Shown one piece after another: positions 20,901-29,680 of a DNA stretch of 64,000 bases; the stretch's first letter is position 1; each line of letters begins with the position of its first letter. Source of the DNA: Candidatus Eiseniibacteriota bacterium (lineage in GTDB: Bacteria > Eisenbacteria > RBG-16-71-46); the NCBI GenBank assembly GCA_044223005.1, contig JBGAML010000001.1, positions 224,001 to 288,000 of the forward strand. Direction: 5' to 3'. A model generated the notes under the pieces. The model searched no databases, was not told where the DNA came from, and saw only the letters and a list, made by a program, of their open reading frames with translations. The translations under genes and the position numbers were made by a program.

Positions 20901-23372
20901 TCGTGGGCCACGGCGTCCAACTGGACGCCGGCGCGCACGACCCCGGCCACGGACGACGTGCTGATCTTCAACAGCGGCACGAGCGTCACGGCGACCACCA
21001 TCACGTCGCAGACGATCGGCCAGCTGGTGATCGCGAACAACACCACGGTCGCGCTGCAGTCCGGCGTCGCCGCGGTGCTCACGCTCGCCGGCGGCGCGGG
21101 AACGGACTTCGACCTCCAGGCCGGCTCGACGCTGCTGATGAACGGCACGAGCGCGCTGTCGATCGCGCTGCCGACGGGATCGACCGGAAGCGTCTCGGGC
21201 GCGATCACGGCCACGACGAACGCGCACAGGCTCCTGTCGGTGGATGCGGGCGGGCTCGTGTTCAAGAGCGGCTCGGTGCTGACGCTCGGCACCGGCTTCT
21301 CGGGCAACGTCTTCGGGACCGGCACGGGCACGAGCGGCCTGAACTCGGTCGTCTTCCAGGCGGGCGCGCTGCTCTCGCAGTCCGCGGGCGCGAACCCGTT
21401 CGGCGCCAACGCGCCGAACTCGGCCGTCGTCTTCCAGGCCGGCAGCCGGTACCGGCTCAACGGCGCGATCACGCCGTCGATGGCCGGCCGTACGTACGCC
21501 GACTTCGAGTACAACAACAACAGCGTGATCTCGACGACCGGCACGTCCGGTTGCACCGTGGACAGCCTCATCGTGTCCGTCGGCACGTTCAACCTGAACA
21601 TGACGGGCAGCAGCACGGTGCGCGGGAGCATCCGCGTGAACTCGGGCGCGACGCTGACGTTCACGCCGGCCTCGGGAACGCCGGTCATCTCGCTCGCGGG
21701 CACCACGCCGCAGCAGGTGGCGATCTTCGGTTCGTTCAGCATGGCGGTGATCGCGGGCGTCGCGATCAACAATCCCTCCGGCGTCACGCTCGCCACGAAC
21801 TGGACGCTCGCCGCGCCCGTCACGTTCACGAGCGGCAAGCTCACCACGGGCGCGAACACGCTGATCCTGTCGTCGACGAGCAACGTCACCGGCGCCTCGG
21901 AGGCCACGGGCTGGGTCGCGGGCAACCTGCGCCGCAACGTCGTCTCGGGCACCTCGACGCGCGTCTTCGACATCGGCGACGCCAGCCACTACACGCCGGT
22001 GACCCTCGCGGTGAACGGGGCCACCACGGCGTTCGACCTCACCGCCGCGACGACCACGGGGGACCATCCGAACCTCGCGTCGTCGGATCTCGACGGCTCG
22101 AAGTCGGCGAACCGCTGGTGGTCGCTCGTGCCGGTCGGCGCCCCGACGTTCACGAACTTCGACGGCACGTTCGCCTTCAACGCCGCGGACGTGGACGGCG
22201 GCGCCAACACCGCGAACTTCCTCGTGCGGCGCTACAGCGGCGGCTGGACGTCGCCGGTGACCGGCACGCGCACGGCGACGAGCACGCAGGCCACCGGCCT
22301 GACGGCGTTCGGCGAGTTCGCGGTCGGCGAGAAGCTCGCGTGGACGATCACCGCCAGCGCCGGAGCCAACGGCTCGATCGCGCCCTCGGGCGCGGTCTCC
22401 GTGAACCCGGGCGCGAGCCAGGCGTTCACGATCACGCCCGACGCGAACTACCACGTCGCCGACGTGCTCGTGGACGGCGCGAGCGTCGGCGCCGTCACGG
22501 GGTACACGTTCAACGCGGTGAGCGCCAACCACACGATCGCCGCGAGCTTCGCGGGTGACGCGCGGACGCTGACCGTGGGCACCACCGGCACGGGCACGGT
22601 CGCGAAGAGCCCGGACCTGGCCACGTACCCCTACGGCAGCACGGTCCAGCTGACGGCGACGCCGGGCAGCGGCTGGGCGTTCCTGTCGTGGAGCGGCGAC
22701 CTCACGGGCGGCGCGAATCCCGCGAACCTGCTCATGGACGCGAGCAAGTCGGTCACGGCGGCATTCGCCGACACCGCGGCGCCGGTCGTCACGGTCACCG
22801 CGCCCAACGGCGGCGAGGTGCTGTCCTCGGGCAGCAACACGTCGATCACCTGGACGGCCGCCGACAATGCCTCCGTGGCGTCGATCACGCTGCGCCTCTC
22901 CCGCAACGGCCTCGCCGGTCCGTTCGACACGCTGGCGGCCGGGCTCGCGAACACCGGAAGCTGGTCGTGGGCGGTTTCCGTGCCCGTCACCGCCGACGCT
23001 CGCGTGGAAGCGATCGCTCGCGACGCCGCGGGCAATGCGGGCAGCGACGTCAGCGACGCCTCGTTCTCGATCACTTCGGCCACGGGCGTCGACGATGCGC
23101 CCGTGACGGCATTCGCGCTCGGCGCCCCGCGGCCGAACCCGGCACGCGGCATGGTGTCGTCGACGTTCGCCGTGCCACGTGAGGCGCGGATCCGCGTCGG
23201 GCTGCTCGACGTCCAGGGCCGCGAGGTGATGATCCTGGCCGCCGGCGAGTTCGCTCCGGGGCGCCACGCGATCACCTTCGGCGGCGAACGCCTGACGGCG
23301 GGGGTCTACTTCCTCCGCATGCAGGTCCGGGGCGGGCCGACGTTCACGCAGCGGCTCGCGATCACGCACTGA
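17901..23372 (+). CDS. Large secreted multidomain surface protein (Ig-like, IPT/TIG, InlB-B-like repeats, beta-rich passenger-like region) with T9SS/FlgD-like CTD
   Basis: Signal peptide MKRLL...ALA; SRWGDY motif; duplicated TVTASAG..G.IAPSG and TLTV...GTVAKSPD..YPYG modules; CTD PNP...LLDVQGRE...GVYFLRM. Confidence 0.88.
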   Translation: MKRLLSTACTALFLLVPALALAADRPRLMPDPVTHIEQGPIVRPHSIEFTSLPRVSAFPYVGPQKEVHDEGVWEEAEQDLQAQKANPRGVDLRALGSHVTLDATSSGGGLTPLAPTLGTGFEGITQGPYIPSEPTVAAGPLNIFSAGNVNVTVTNKDGSNRVETDGATFFGVPVAEGAISDAQCYYDAVHGRFVAVAFTQGTSPSNYSNFYLLISKTNDARGAWWQYKFDMTKDGSTSTANWSDYESLGLTEDKIVLTAQQFTFAADAYVYPKIRVLDRAALFSGAAASYVDFVNFAAPTGGDTFDTFVTKCARNLTPGDAVGHLLCVRVNGGTNVTYREVTGPPASPSLSAGTKVTVATYTAPPDAVQKGSATLVPTNDCRPGDFVARNGVLVATWHFGTTISATSVSAVRLFRMRTSDLTVLTDETFGAASTFYYYPAATVDSAGTVYLGFGRSSSTEYPSAYVTGRRPSDASIEPSVLTKAGLSATSQSRWGDYTGIDNDASLSGPGGTSAWYAGQWTKAANSFGTWINTMSFTYGQIGGSVVEDCDGNAGTTGDRAPRAGVTLTLFSGASPVATTTSDGSGNYNFGYLEAGTYDVVVTPPAGGGAVDAIAGTGGTSQVRVGANDLQATVTITSVSTGNQFVVSANHAAPVATTISPNFKVVGDPGFTLTVNGSGFTSCSTVRVDGADRTTTFVNGTQLTAAIPAGDLAVGGARAVTVFTPTPGGGTSAPVYLTVSATPDTQAPTVAVTSPAGGENWAVGSAHAITWTATDDHVVASVDLALSIDGGATFPTAIATGIANSGSFAWTVPYTLTSTARVRVVAHDGVGNLGADSSHTNVTFAGWTVTASAGAGGAIAPSGVQVVADGATPAYTITPSVGYHVQDVLVNGGSVGAVTAYTFAAIHADQTISASFAIDSYTLTVNTSGSGTVAKSPDQPSYPYGTLVTLTATPAGGWNFVGWSGDTSATTNPLTFAMRANRTITATFGQHTYVWSASGTASWATASNWTPARTTPATDDVLIFNSGTSVTATTITSQTIGQLVIANNTTVALQSGVAAVLTLAGGAGTDFDLQAGSTLLMNGTSALSIALPTGSTGSVSGAITATTNAHRLLSVDAGGLVFKSGSVLTLGTGFSGNVFGTGTGTSGLNSVVFQAGALLSQSAGANPFGANAPNSAVVFQAGSRYRLNGAITPSMAGRTYADFEYNNNSVISTTGTSGCTVDSLIVSVGTFNLNMTGSSTVRGSIRVNSGATLTFTPASGTPVISLAGTTPQQVAIFGSFSMAVIAGVAINNPSGVTLATNWTLAAPVTFTSGKLTTGANTLILSSTSNVTGASEATGWVAGNLRRNVVSGTSTRVFDIGDASHYTPVTLAVNGATTAFDLTAATTTGDHPNLASSDLDGSKSANRWWSLVPVGAPTFTNFDGTFAFNAADVDGGANTANFLVRRYSGGWTSPVTGTRTATSTQATGLTAFGEFAVGEKLAWTITASAGANGSIAPSGAVSVNPGASQAFTITPDANYHVADVLVDGASVGAVTGYTFNAVSANHTIAASFAGDARTLTVGTTGTGTVAKSPDLATYPYGSTVQLTATPGSGWAFLSWSGDLTGGANPANLLMDASKSVTAAFADTAAPVVTVTAPNGGEVLSSGSNTSITWTAADNASVASITLRLSRNGLAGPFDTLAAGLANTGSWSWAVSVPVTADARVEAIARDAAGNAGSDVSDASFSITSATGVDDAPVTAFALGAPRPNPARGMVSSTFAVPREARIRVGLLDVQGREVMILAAGEFAPGRHAITFGGERLTAGVYFLRMQVRGGPTFTQRLAITH

Positions 23373-23390
23373 GTCCGATTCGACCGAACG

Positions 23391-23426
23391 CACGAACGCC
23401 CCGGCCATCCGGCCGGGGCGTTCGTG
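23391..23426. terminator. Probable bidirectional terminator hairpin
   Basis: CACGAACGCCCCGGCC-ATCC-GGCCGGGGCGTTCGTG perfect 16-bp stem between convergent genes. Confidence 0.78.
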
Positions 23427-23438
23427 TTCCGGGTGCGT

Positions 23439-25748
23439 TCACTTCGCGATCTCGCAGAGCACGCTCTCGAGGTCGTTGAACGTGACGCTCGCGGGCCTGC
23501 CCCGCGCAGCCGGCAGGTCGAACTCCGTGACCGGGCCGCTCACCCACACGCGCGCCCGCGTGGCGGAGCCGTCCGCGGCCGTGACGCGCACCAGCACCGG
23601 CATGCGGAATCCGTCGGGCACGTTCGACTGCTCCACCCGGCCGTGCACACTCCAGCCACCGCCCGCCACGGGTACCGCGCTCCACGTGAAGCGGTACGTC
23701 GGCACGTCGGTGCCGTAGACCCACTGGTCGAAGAACCAGCCCATGTCCTCGCCCGTCGCGCGCTCGACGGCCGCACGGAAATCCTCGGTGAACGCGCGCG
23801 AGCCCGCGAAGCGCGTGTAGAAATCGCGCATCAGGCCGCGGAAGCGCGCTTCGCCGGGGTCGTCCTCGCGCAGCATGTAGTTGCGCAGCATGTGCAGCAC
23901 CCACGCACCTTTTTCGTAGATCACGAGGTCGTAGTCGTCCGGCGTGGTGCTGCTGTTGGTGCGCTGGCCGAGCCAGATGGGGCCCGCCTGCTGGCCCTCG
24001 CCGAGCAGGAAGTGGCGGTTCTCCAGCAGCGCGTGCCGCCAGCGGTCGAGCACGGTGAGGTAGCTCTTCGAGTCCCGGCGCGCGGCCTGCAGGTACCAGA
24101 TCGACGCGAAATCGGCGAAGCCTTCGCTCAGCCACTGGTCGTGATAGGTCGCCGGCACCAGGCCGAGTCCCCACCACTGGTGCGCGATCTCGTGCGCGCG
24201 GATCAGGTCCGGCGAGTTCTCGGCGCCCGTCACTTCCTGGTCGCGGGCCGGCATCATGCGAATCAGCCCCGGCAGCGCCACGTAGACGGAAAGCGGCGTC
24301 TCGACAGCGTTGAAGCTCCGCGCCGCCGGTGGTCCCCACGCGCGCTCGTAGAAACCCAGCGCGCGTGCGACGTCGAGCGCCACGCGCTCGTCGTGCTCCC
24401 GCGTGCCTGCGAGCGAGGCGAACGGCACGTCGCGGACGCGTCCCGCACCGTCGACATGCTCACTCCAGACGACGAGCGGCGGCAGCGAGTCGCCGGTCAC
24501 GCGCAGCCCGCGCAGGTAGCCGGCGTCGAACGACGTCCATGGCACCGGATAGGCGGACCGCCAGCGGGAATGCACCTGCTCTCCGCGCGCTTCGCGGCTC
24601 ACGAGTTCGCCCGCGCCGACCACCTGCAGGCCCGCCGGGTGGTGGAACGTCACGTCCCAGTCGGCGCGCAGGTTCGCGAACGGCACCGGGTACCACTCCC
24701 GCACGAGCGCGATGCGGTCACCCTCCCCGCGCTCCATGCAGCGACCGTGGTAGCGCACGCGCAACGACACCGTCGAGTCGCGCGGCACCGGAGGATCGAA
24801 GCGCACCCAGACGAGCGGATCCTTGCGGTCCTGCACCCAGCGGCAGTCATGACCGGGAGCGCCGATCTCGTCGATCCGCAGCGAAGGCTCGAGCCAGATC
24901 GCGGCCCACTCCCGATCCCGGCGGCGAGCCACGAGATCGAGGTCCGCCGTCGCCATGACGTCGAGATCTGGCGCGATCGCGACATCGAGGCCGATCCGCG
25001 GCGCGTCGAACGCGAGATTGGCGTCACGCCGAACCGTGTCGGGATCACCCTGTGCCACGAACTGGCAGACGGTCTCGGCGTTGTGCAGTTCGAGCAATCC
25101 GAAGCGGTCGTCCTTCGGGCGGCGATCGAGCCGGACGCGCTCGGTGGCGCTCGGATCGAGCGTGAAGAACACCGGATCGGCCTCGCGGGCATCCGAGGCC
25201 ATCGCCCAGAAGAGCCCGTCGTCGTCGCGCTCGGCGAGCATGCGCGCGAGTTCGTTGGGGCGCACGTGACGCGTGCCCGGGACCGTGAGATACCGGAGCG
25301 TCGCCAGCCACGCCGCGTGCGCCGAGCCCACCGTGTCGGCCCCGAACGTCAGCGTCGAACGCAGCTCGGCGAGCGTCGAGTCCGCGAAGACGAGCGCGAG
25401 CCGGCGGAACGGCCGTCGCAGCGTGGTCGTACCGAAGAAGCGCCGCAGCTGCTGCTGCTCGATCCCCGAGCGCGGCACGAAGCTCAGGGTCCCGCGGCCC
25501 ACGAACACCGCGGCGACGCGGCGGCCTCCGAGCGGCCGCGCCAGCACGAGGCGGCCTTCCTCGAGCGCGAGCGTGCAGGCGTCGCGCTCGATCAGCAGGC
25601 TGCCGACCCGGGCGACCTGCGAGGAGTCGAGCGCCCACGTGGAGAAGTCGCGATGGAACTCGCCCCAGTCGCGCCACGGCGCGGGTTCGGCGCGGGCGAT
25701 CGTGGCGACGAGCAGCGCCGCCAGGGGCAGGATGCGGAGCAGTCGCAT
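23439..25748 (-). CDS. Secreted M1-family (gluzincin) zinc metallopeptidase
   Basis: Signal peptide; AHEIAHQWWG...WLSEGFA; YEKGAWVLHMLR; FFDQWVYG; GAGGAGG RBS. Confidence 0.88.
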   Translation of the reverse strand: MRLLRILPLAALLVATIARAEPAPWRDWGEFHRDFSTWALDSSQVARVGSLLIERDACTLALEEGRLVLARPLGGRRVAAVFVGRGTLSFVPRSGIEQQQLRRFFGTTTLRRPFRRLALVFADSTLAELRSTLTFGADTVGSAHAAWLATLRYLTVPGTRHVRPNELARMLAERDDDGLFWAMASDAREADPVFFTLDPSATERVRLDRRPKDDRFGLLELHNAETVCQFVAQGDPDTVRRDANLAFDAPRIGLDVAIAPDLDVMATADLDLVARRRDREWAAIWLEPSLRIDEIGAPGHDCRWVQDRKDPLVWVRFDPPVPRDSTVSLRVRYHGRCMERGEGDRIALVREWYPVPFANLRADWDVTFHHPAGLQVVGAGELVSREARGEQVHSRWRSAYPVPWTSFDAGYLRGLRVTGDSLPPLVVWSEHVDGAGRVRDVPFASLAGTREHDERVALDVARALGFYERAWGPPAARSFNAVETPLSVYVALPGLIRMMPARDQEVTGAENSPDLIRAHEIAHQWWGLGLVPATYHDQWLSEGFADFASIWYLQAARRDSKSYLTVLDRWRHALLENRHFLLGEGQQAGPIWLGQRTNSSTTPDDYDLVIYEKGAWVLHMLRNYMLREDDPGEARFRGLMRDFYTRFAGSRAFTEDFRAAVERATGEDMGWFFDQWVYGTDVPTYRFTWSAVPVAGGGWSVHGRVEQSNVPDGFRMPVLVRVTAADGSATRARVWVSGPVTEFDLPAARGRPASVTFNDLESVLCEIAK

Positions 25749-25902
25749 GCGACCTCCTCGGGTGAACCGGTCGTGGAGGGGAGCCTGCTCCGGGCTCCCC
25801 GGCGCGTCAACCATCCCACCACCGGCGCGGGGCCGCGCGCGACGCGCGACGCGCGACGACGCGCTAGACTGCTTCCATGGCCTCTTCGACCCCGGTTCGC
25901 CC

Positions 25903-27558
25903 GTGAGACGGCTGCTCCCGCTCGCACTCGCCGCACTGCTCGCGATCGTGCTGTTGCCCGGCATCGCGGCGATCGACGCGACCGATTGGCGCGAGGCGCG
26001 GGACGCGGTGGTCGTACGCGAAGCAGCCGCGCGCAACGACTGGACGCTGCCGACCTACGCGGGGAAGCTCTTCCTCGAGAAGCCGATGCCCGGCTACGCC
26101 CCCGAATGGCTCGCGCAACAACTGCTCCACCGCATGGCGCCCGAGATGCCGCCCGTGCAGACGCAGGTCGCGGTGTCGCGCGCGGTGCGCGCGGCGCTCG
26201 CCGCACTGCTCGCGCTGCTGGTCGCGCTCGTCGGCTCGCGGGCGTTCGGCGTCCGCGCCGGCTGGCTCGCGGGCTGCGGGCTCGCGAGCAGTGCCGGGCT
26301 GCTGCTCACCGCCCGCACCGACGGCGCGCAGGTGCTCGCGACGTTCTGCGCGTGGCTCGGAGTCGCGGCGATGCTCGAGGTGCTGCAGGGACGCGCGCGA
26401 CGCCCGGAGGCCGTGCGCTTCGCCGCGTGGCTCGCGTTCGGGGCCGCGGCGCTCGTCGGCGGCCCCTTGTCGGCGCTCTGGCCGCTCGGCGGCTTCGCGC
26501 TCTACGCCGCGCTCGCACGCGCGCACACCGGCTGGCGCGAGCTGCGGCCGCTGCCCGGGCTCGTGCTGGCGGTCATCGTCGCCTCCGCGTGGTACGTGAT
26601 CGCCGCGCGCACGGGCGGCGCCGCATTCCGCCGCGGCGTCGCGTGGTTCCCGTACGCGGGCGAACCGCGCGGCCCGTGGTTCGCCGGGATCCTCGCGGCG
26701 TTCTCGTACCCGATCGTGCTCGGGTTCCCGTGGGTGCCGCTGCTCGCGGCGTCGCTGCGTGACAGCGCGCGCCGGCTGCGGCTCGGCGGTGCGGGCCCCG
26801 ACCTGCGCGAGAGCGGACACGCGGCCAGCCTCGTGCTGGCGATGCTGGTCGCGGCCTCGGTGCCGATCGCGCTCTACCCGCATCCGCCGCTCACGGCGGC
26901 GCTCCCGGCGCTGCCCGCGCTGACGCTGCTCTGCGGCCGGTTCCTCGACCGCGTCCTCGACGGCGACGTCGAGCGACGCGTGCTCGGCGAGGCGACGCGC
27001 TACGCCGCCGCGGTCGGGACGCTGCTCGCGCTGCTCGTCGCCGCGCTCGGAGCGCGGCTGCCCGAGGTCGGCCCCGGGCTGCGGCTGCTCGCGGGCACGC
27101 TGTTCCTCACCGCGTGGGCGCCGCTCGTCGCCGACCTCACCGGGCACCCGAAGGTCGCCGCGTCGCTGTTCGCGCTGCCGGTCGCGCTCGGCGGGCCGCT
27201 CGTGTCGACGCGCGTGCTCCCGGCGCTCGAGCCGTGGCTCAACGCCGCCGTCGTCGCCGAAGCGATGGAAGCGGCCGCGCCGCCCGGCGCACCGCTCGTC
27301 GTGTGGGATCCCGCGCCGCCGTCGCTGCGCCTGCTGCTGCCGCGGCGCATCGTCGCGACACGGCACCCGGCCGGCCTGCTGACCGGTCTCGCCGGGCGCG
27401 ATCGCGAGATCTACATCGCGTTCCGGCCCGCGCACGAGACGGATGTCGCGCGCACCGCCGGAGGAGCGCTGCAGGTCCTCCAGCGCTCGCCCGTGATGGT
27501 TCTCGCGCGCATCGCGGCGCCGGGCGACTCGACGCGCGCGGCCGCCGCGGGCCGCTGA
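25903..27558 (+). CDS. ArnT/GT-C (family 39/83-like) polytopic glycosyltransferase
   Basis: TM1 followed by D...E.R...RE...NDWTLPTYAGKLFLEKP, then many TM helices. The start is uncertain. Confidence 0.7.
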   Translation: MRRLLPLALAALLAIVLLPGIAAIDATDWREARDAVVVREAAARNDWTLPTYAGKLFLEKPMPGYAPEWLAQQLLHRMAPEMPPVQTQVAVSRAVRAALAALLALLVALVGSRAFGVRAGWLAGCGLASSAGLLLTARTDGAQVLATFCAWLGVAAMLEVLQGRARRPEAVRFAAWLAFGAAALVGGPLSALWPLGGFALYAALARAHTGWRELRPLPGLVLAVIVASAWYVIAARTGGAAFRRGVAWFPYAGEPRGPWFAGILAAFSYPIVLGFPWVPLLAASLRDSARRLRLGGAGPDLRESGHAASLVLAMLVAASVPIALYPHPPLTAALPALPALTLLCGRFLDRVLDGDVERRVLGEATRYAAAVGTLLALLVAALGARLPEVGPGLRLLAGTLFLTAWAPLVADLTGHPKVAASLFALPVALGGPLVSTRVLPALEPWLNAAVVAEAMEAAAPPGAPLVVWDPAPPSLRLLLPRRIVATRHPAGLLTGLAGRDREIYIAFRPAHETDVARTAGGALQVLQRSPVMVLARIAAPGDSTRAAAAGR

Positions 27559-27632
27559 CGCGGCGAAAGCCGCCGCAGGCGAGTTCCGATTTCGTCCGGT
27601 CCGGACGAGGGTCCGGCGGTAGAGTGTTCCCC

Positions 27633-29090
27633 ATGACGCTCGACCCCGAGATCTGCTGGCGCGCCTGGACGAGCCGCGACCGCCGCTTCGACGGCCGCTT
27701 CTTCATGGGCGTGACCTCGACCGGCATCTACTGCCGCCCGGGCTGCCCCGCGCGCATCCCCGCGCGCCGGCACGTGCGCTTCTACGCCTCGCCCGCCGCC
27801 GCGGAGGCCGCGGGGTTCCGCCCGTGCCTGCGCTGCCGGCCCGAGACCTCGCCCGGTTCGGCCGCGGCGAGCGGCACCTCGGCCACCGTCGCGCGTGCGC
27901 TTCGGCTGATCGACGAGGGCGACCCCGGCGACGTCACGGTCGAGCGGCTCGCGGAACGGCTCGGCATCACCTCGCGCTGGCTGCGACGGCTGTTCGCGGA
28001 GCAGGTCGGCGCCTCACCCCTCGAAGTCGCGCGCACGCGCCGCGTCCATTTCGCGCGCCGGCTGCTCGACGAGACGGCGTGGCCACTGGCCGACATCGCC
28101 GCCGCGTCCGGCTTCGCGAGCGAGCGCCGCCTGCGCGCCGCGTTCCACGACACGTTCCGCCGTCCGCCCTCGGCCGTGCGCCGCGCGCGTGCCGGCGGCG
28201 AGGCGCCGCTCGCGCTGCGCCTGCCGGCCCGCGCCCCGTTCGACGCCGCGCCGCTGCTCGCGTTCTTCGCCGCGCGCGCGATCCCCGGCGTCGAGGAAGT
28301 GGCCGGCGGCCACTACCGGCGCACGGTCACGCTCGACGGCGCCCCCGCCGTGCTCGACGTCGCGCCGCTGGCGCGCGGCGCGGGGCTCGCCGTCACCGTG
28401 ACGCCCGCGCCGCCGCGCGCGCTGCTGCCGCTGGTCGCGCGCGTGACGCGCCTGTTCGACCTCGACGCCGACGTCGCCGCGATCCGCGCGCAGCTCGCGC
28501 GCGACCCCGTGCTCCGGCCCGCGTTCCGCGGTGCGGGCGTGCGCGTGCCCGGGGCGTGGGATGCGTTCGAACTGTGCGTTCGCGCGCTGCTCGGCCAGCA
28601 GGTGTCCGTCGCCGCGGCCCGCACGCTCGCGGGCCGCCTCGCCCGCGCCTGCGGCGAGCCGCTCGCCGCGCCGCTCGGCGCGCTGACCCACCGCTTCCCC
28701 ACCGCAACGGCCGTCGCGCAGGCACCGCTCGACACGCTCGGACTCACGCGCGCCCGGGCCGAGGCGCTGCGCGCGTTCGCGCAGGCCGTCGCGAGCGGCG
28801 CGCTCGACCTGGACGGCTTCGCGGGGCTCGACGATGCCATCGCGACGCTCTCGGCGCAGCGTGGCATCGGCGAATGGACGGCGCAGGTGATCGCGATGCG
28901 CGCGCTGCGCGAACCGGACGCGTTCCCCGCCGGCGATCTCGGCGTGCGCCGGGCGCTCGCGGCGGACGGCCCGCTGCCAACGGTGCGTGACGTGGCCGCG
29001 CTCGCCGAGCGCTGGCGGCCATGGCGCGCGTACGCGGCGATCGCGCTCTGGCGGCTCGACGGCGGACCCCGACGAAAGGACTCCCGATGA
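27633..29090 (+). CDS. alkA: Ada (Zn-binding/AraC)-AlkA fusion: adaptive-response regulator and 3-methyladenine DNA glycosylase
   Basis: SRDRRFDGRFF..V.STGIYCRPGCP...GFRPCLRCRP, AraC HTH, LGQQVS, GIGEWTA, PDAFPAGDLG and WRPWRAYA. Confidence 0.93.
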   Translation: MTLDPEICWRAWTSRDRRFDGRFFMGVTSTGIYCRPGCPARIPARRHVRFYASPAAAEAAGFRPCLRCRPETSPGSAAASGTSATVARALRLIDEGDPGDVTVERLAERLGITSRWLRRLFAEQVGASPLEVARTRRVHFARRLLDETAWPLADIAAASGFASERRLRAAFHDTFRRPPSAVRRARAGGEAPLALRLPARAPFDAAPLLAFFAARAIPGVEEVAGGHYRRTVTLDGAPAVLDVAPLARGAGLAVTVTPAPPRALLPLVARVTRLFDLDADVAAIRAQLARDPVLRPAFRGAGVRVPGAWDAFELCVRALLGQQVSVAAARTLAGRLARACGEPLAAPLGALTHRFPTATAVAQAPLDTLGLTRARAEALRAFAQAVASGALDLDGFAGLDDAIATLSAQRGIGEWTAQVIAMRALREPDAFPAGDLGVRRALAADGPLPTVRDVAALAERWRPWRAYAAIALWRLDGGPRRKDSR

Positions 29091-29638
29091 TCCTGCACAC
29101 CCGCACCTGCCCCAGCCCGGTCGGCGAGCTGCTCCTGATCGCCACCGGCGACGCGCTCGTCGGGCTCGAGTTCGTCGAGGCCGGCGAGCGGGCCCGCACG
29201 CTCGTCCGCACGCTCGAGCGCCACCTCGGCGCGTTCGAGGCGCAGGCACATCCCGATCCGGCGGGCGCCGTCACGCGGCTCGAGCGCTACTTCGCGGGCG
29301 ACCTCGCGGCGCTCGACGAGCAGCCGGTCGAACCGCACGGCACCGAGTTCCAGCTCGCCGTCTGGCGGGCGCTGCGCACGATCCGGCCCGGCACGACGCT
29401 CGCCTACCACGAGCTCGCCGCCACGATCGGCCGGCCCGAGGCGATGCGCGCCGTGGGCGCGGCCAACGGCGCCAACCCGATCGCGCTGTTCGTGCCCTGC
29501 CACCGCGTGATCGCCGCGAACCACACGCTGTGGGGCTACGGCGGCGGGCTCGAACGCAAGCGCTGGCTGCTCGCGCACGAAGGCGCGCCGTTCGCCGATC
29601 GCTGGTCGCAGCAGGCGCTCCCGATCGCGGAACGCTGA
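29087..29638 (+). CDS. ogt: Methylated-DNA--protein-cysteine methyltransferase
   Basis: GTEFQLAVW, RAVGAANGANP, active-site PCHRV and GYGGGLERK; ATGA overlap. Confidence 0.95.
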   Translation: MILHTRTCPSPVGELLLIATGDALVGLEFVEAGERARTLVRTLERHLGAFEAQAHPDPAGAVTRLERYFAGDLAALDEQPVEPHGTEFQLAVWRALRTIRPGTTLAYHELAATIGRPEAMRAVGAANGANPIALFVPCHRVIAANHTLWGYGGGLERKRWLLAHEGAPFADRWSQQALPIAER

Positions 29639-29680
29639 TCGCCCGAGACGCGGACCGCCTGCGCGGGCTAACCTGCGGGG

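Noticed and set aside
27580..27600. Possible Ada box upstream of ada/alkA
   Set aside because: Only a loose AAAG...GCA match, not distinguishable from chance.
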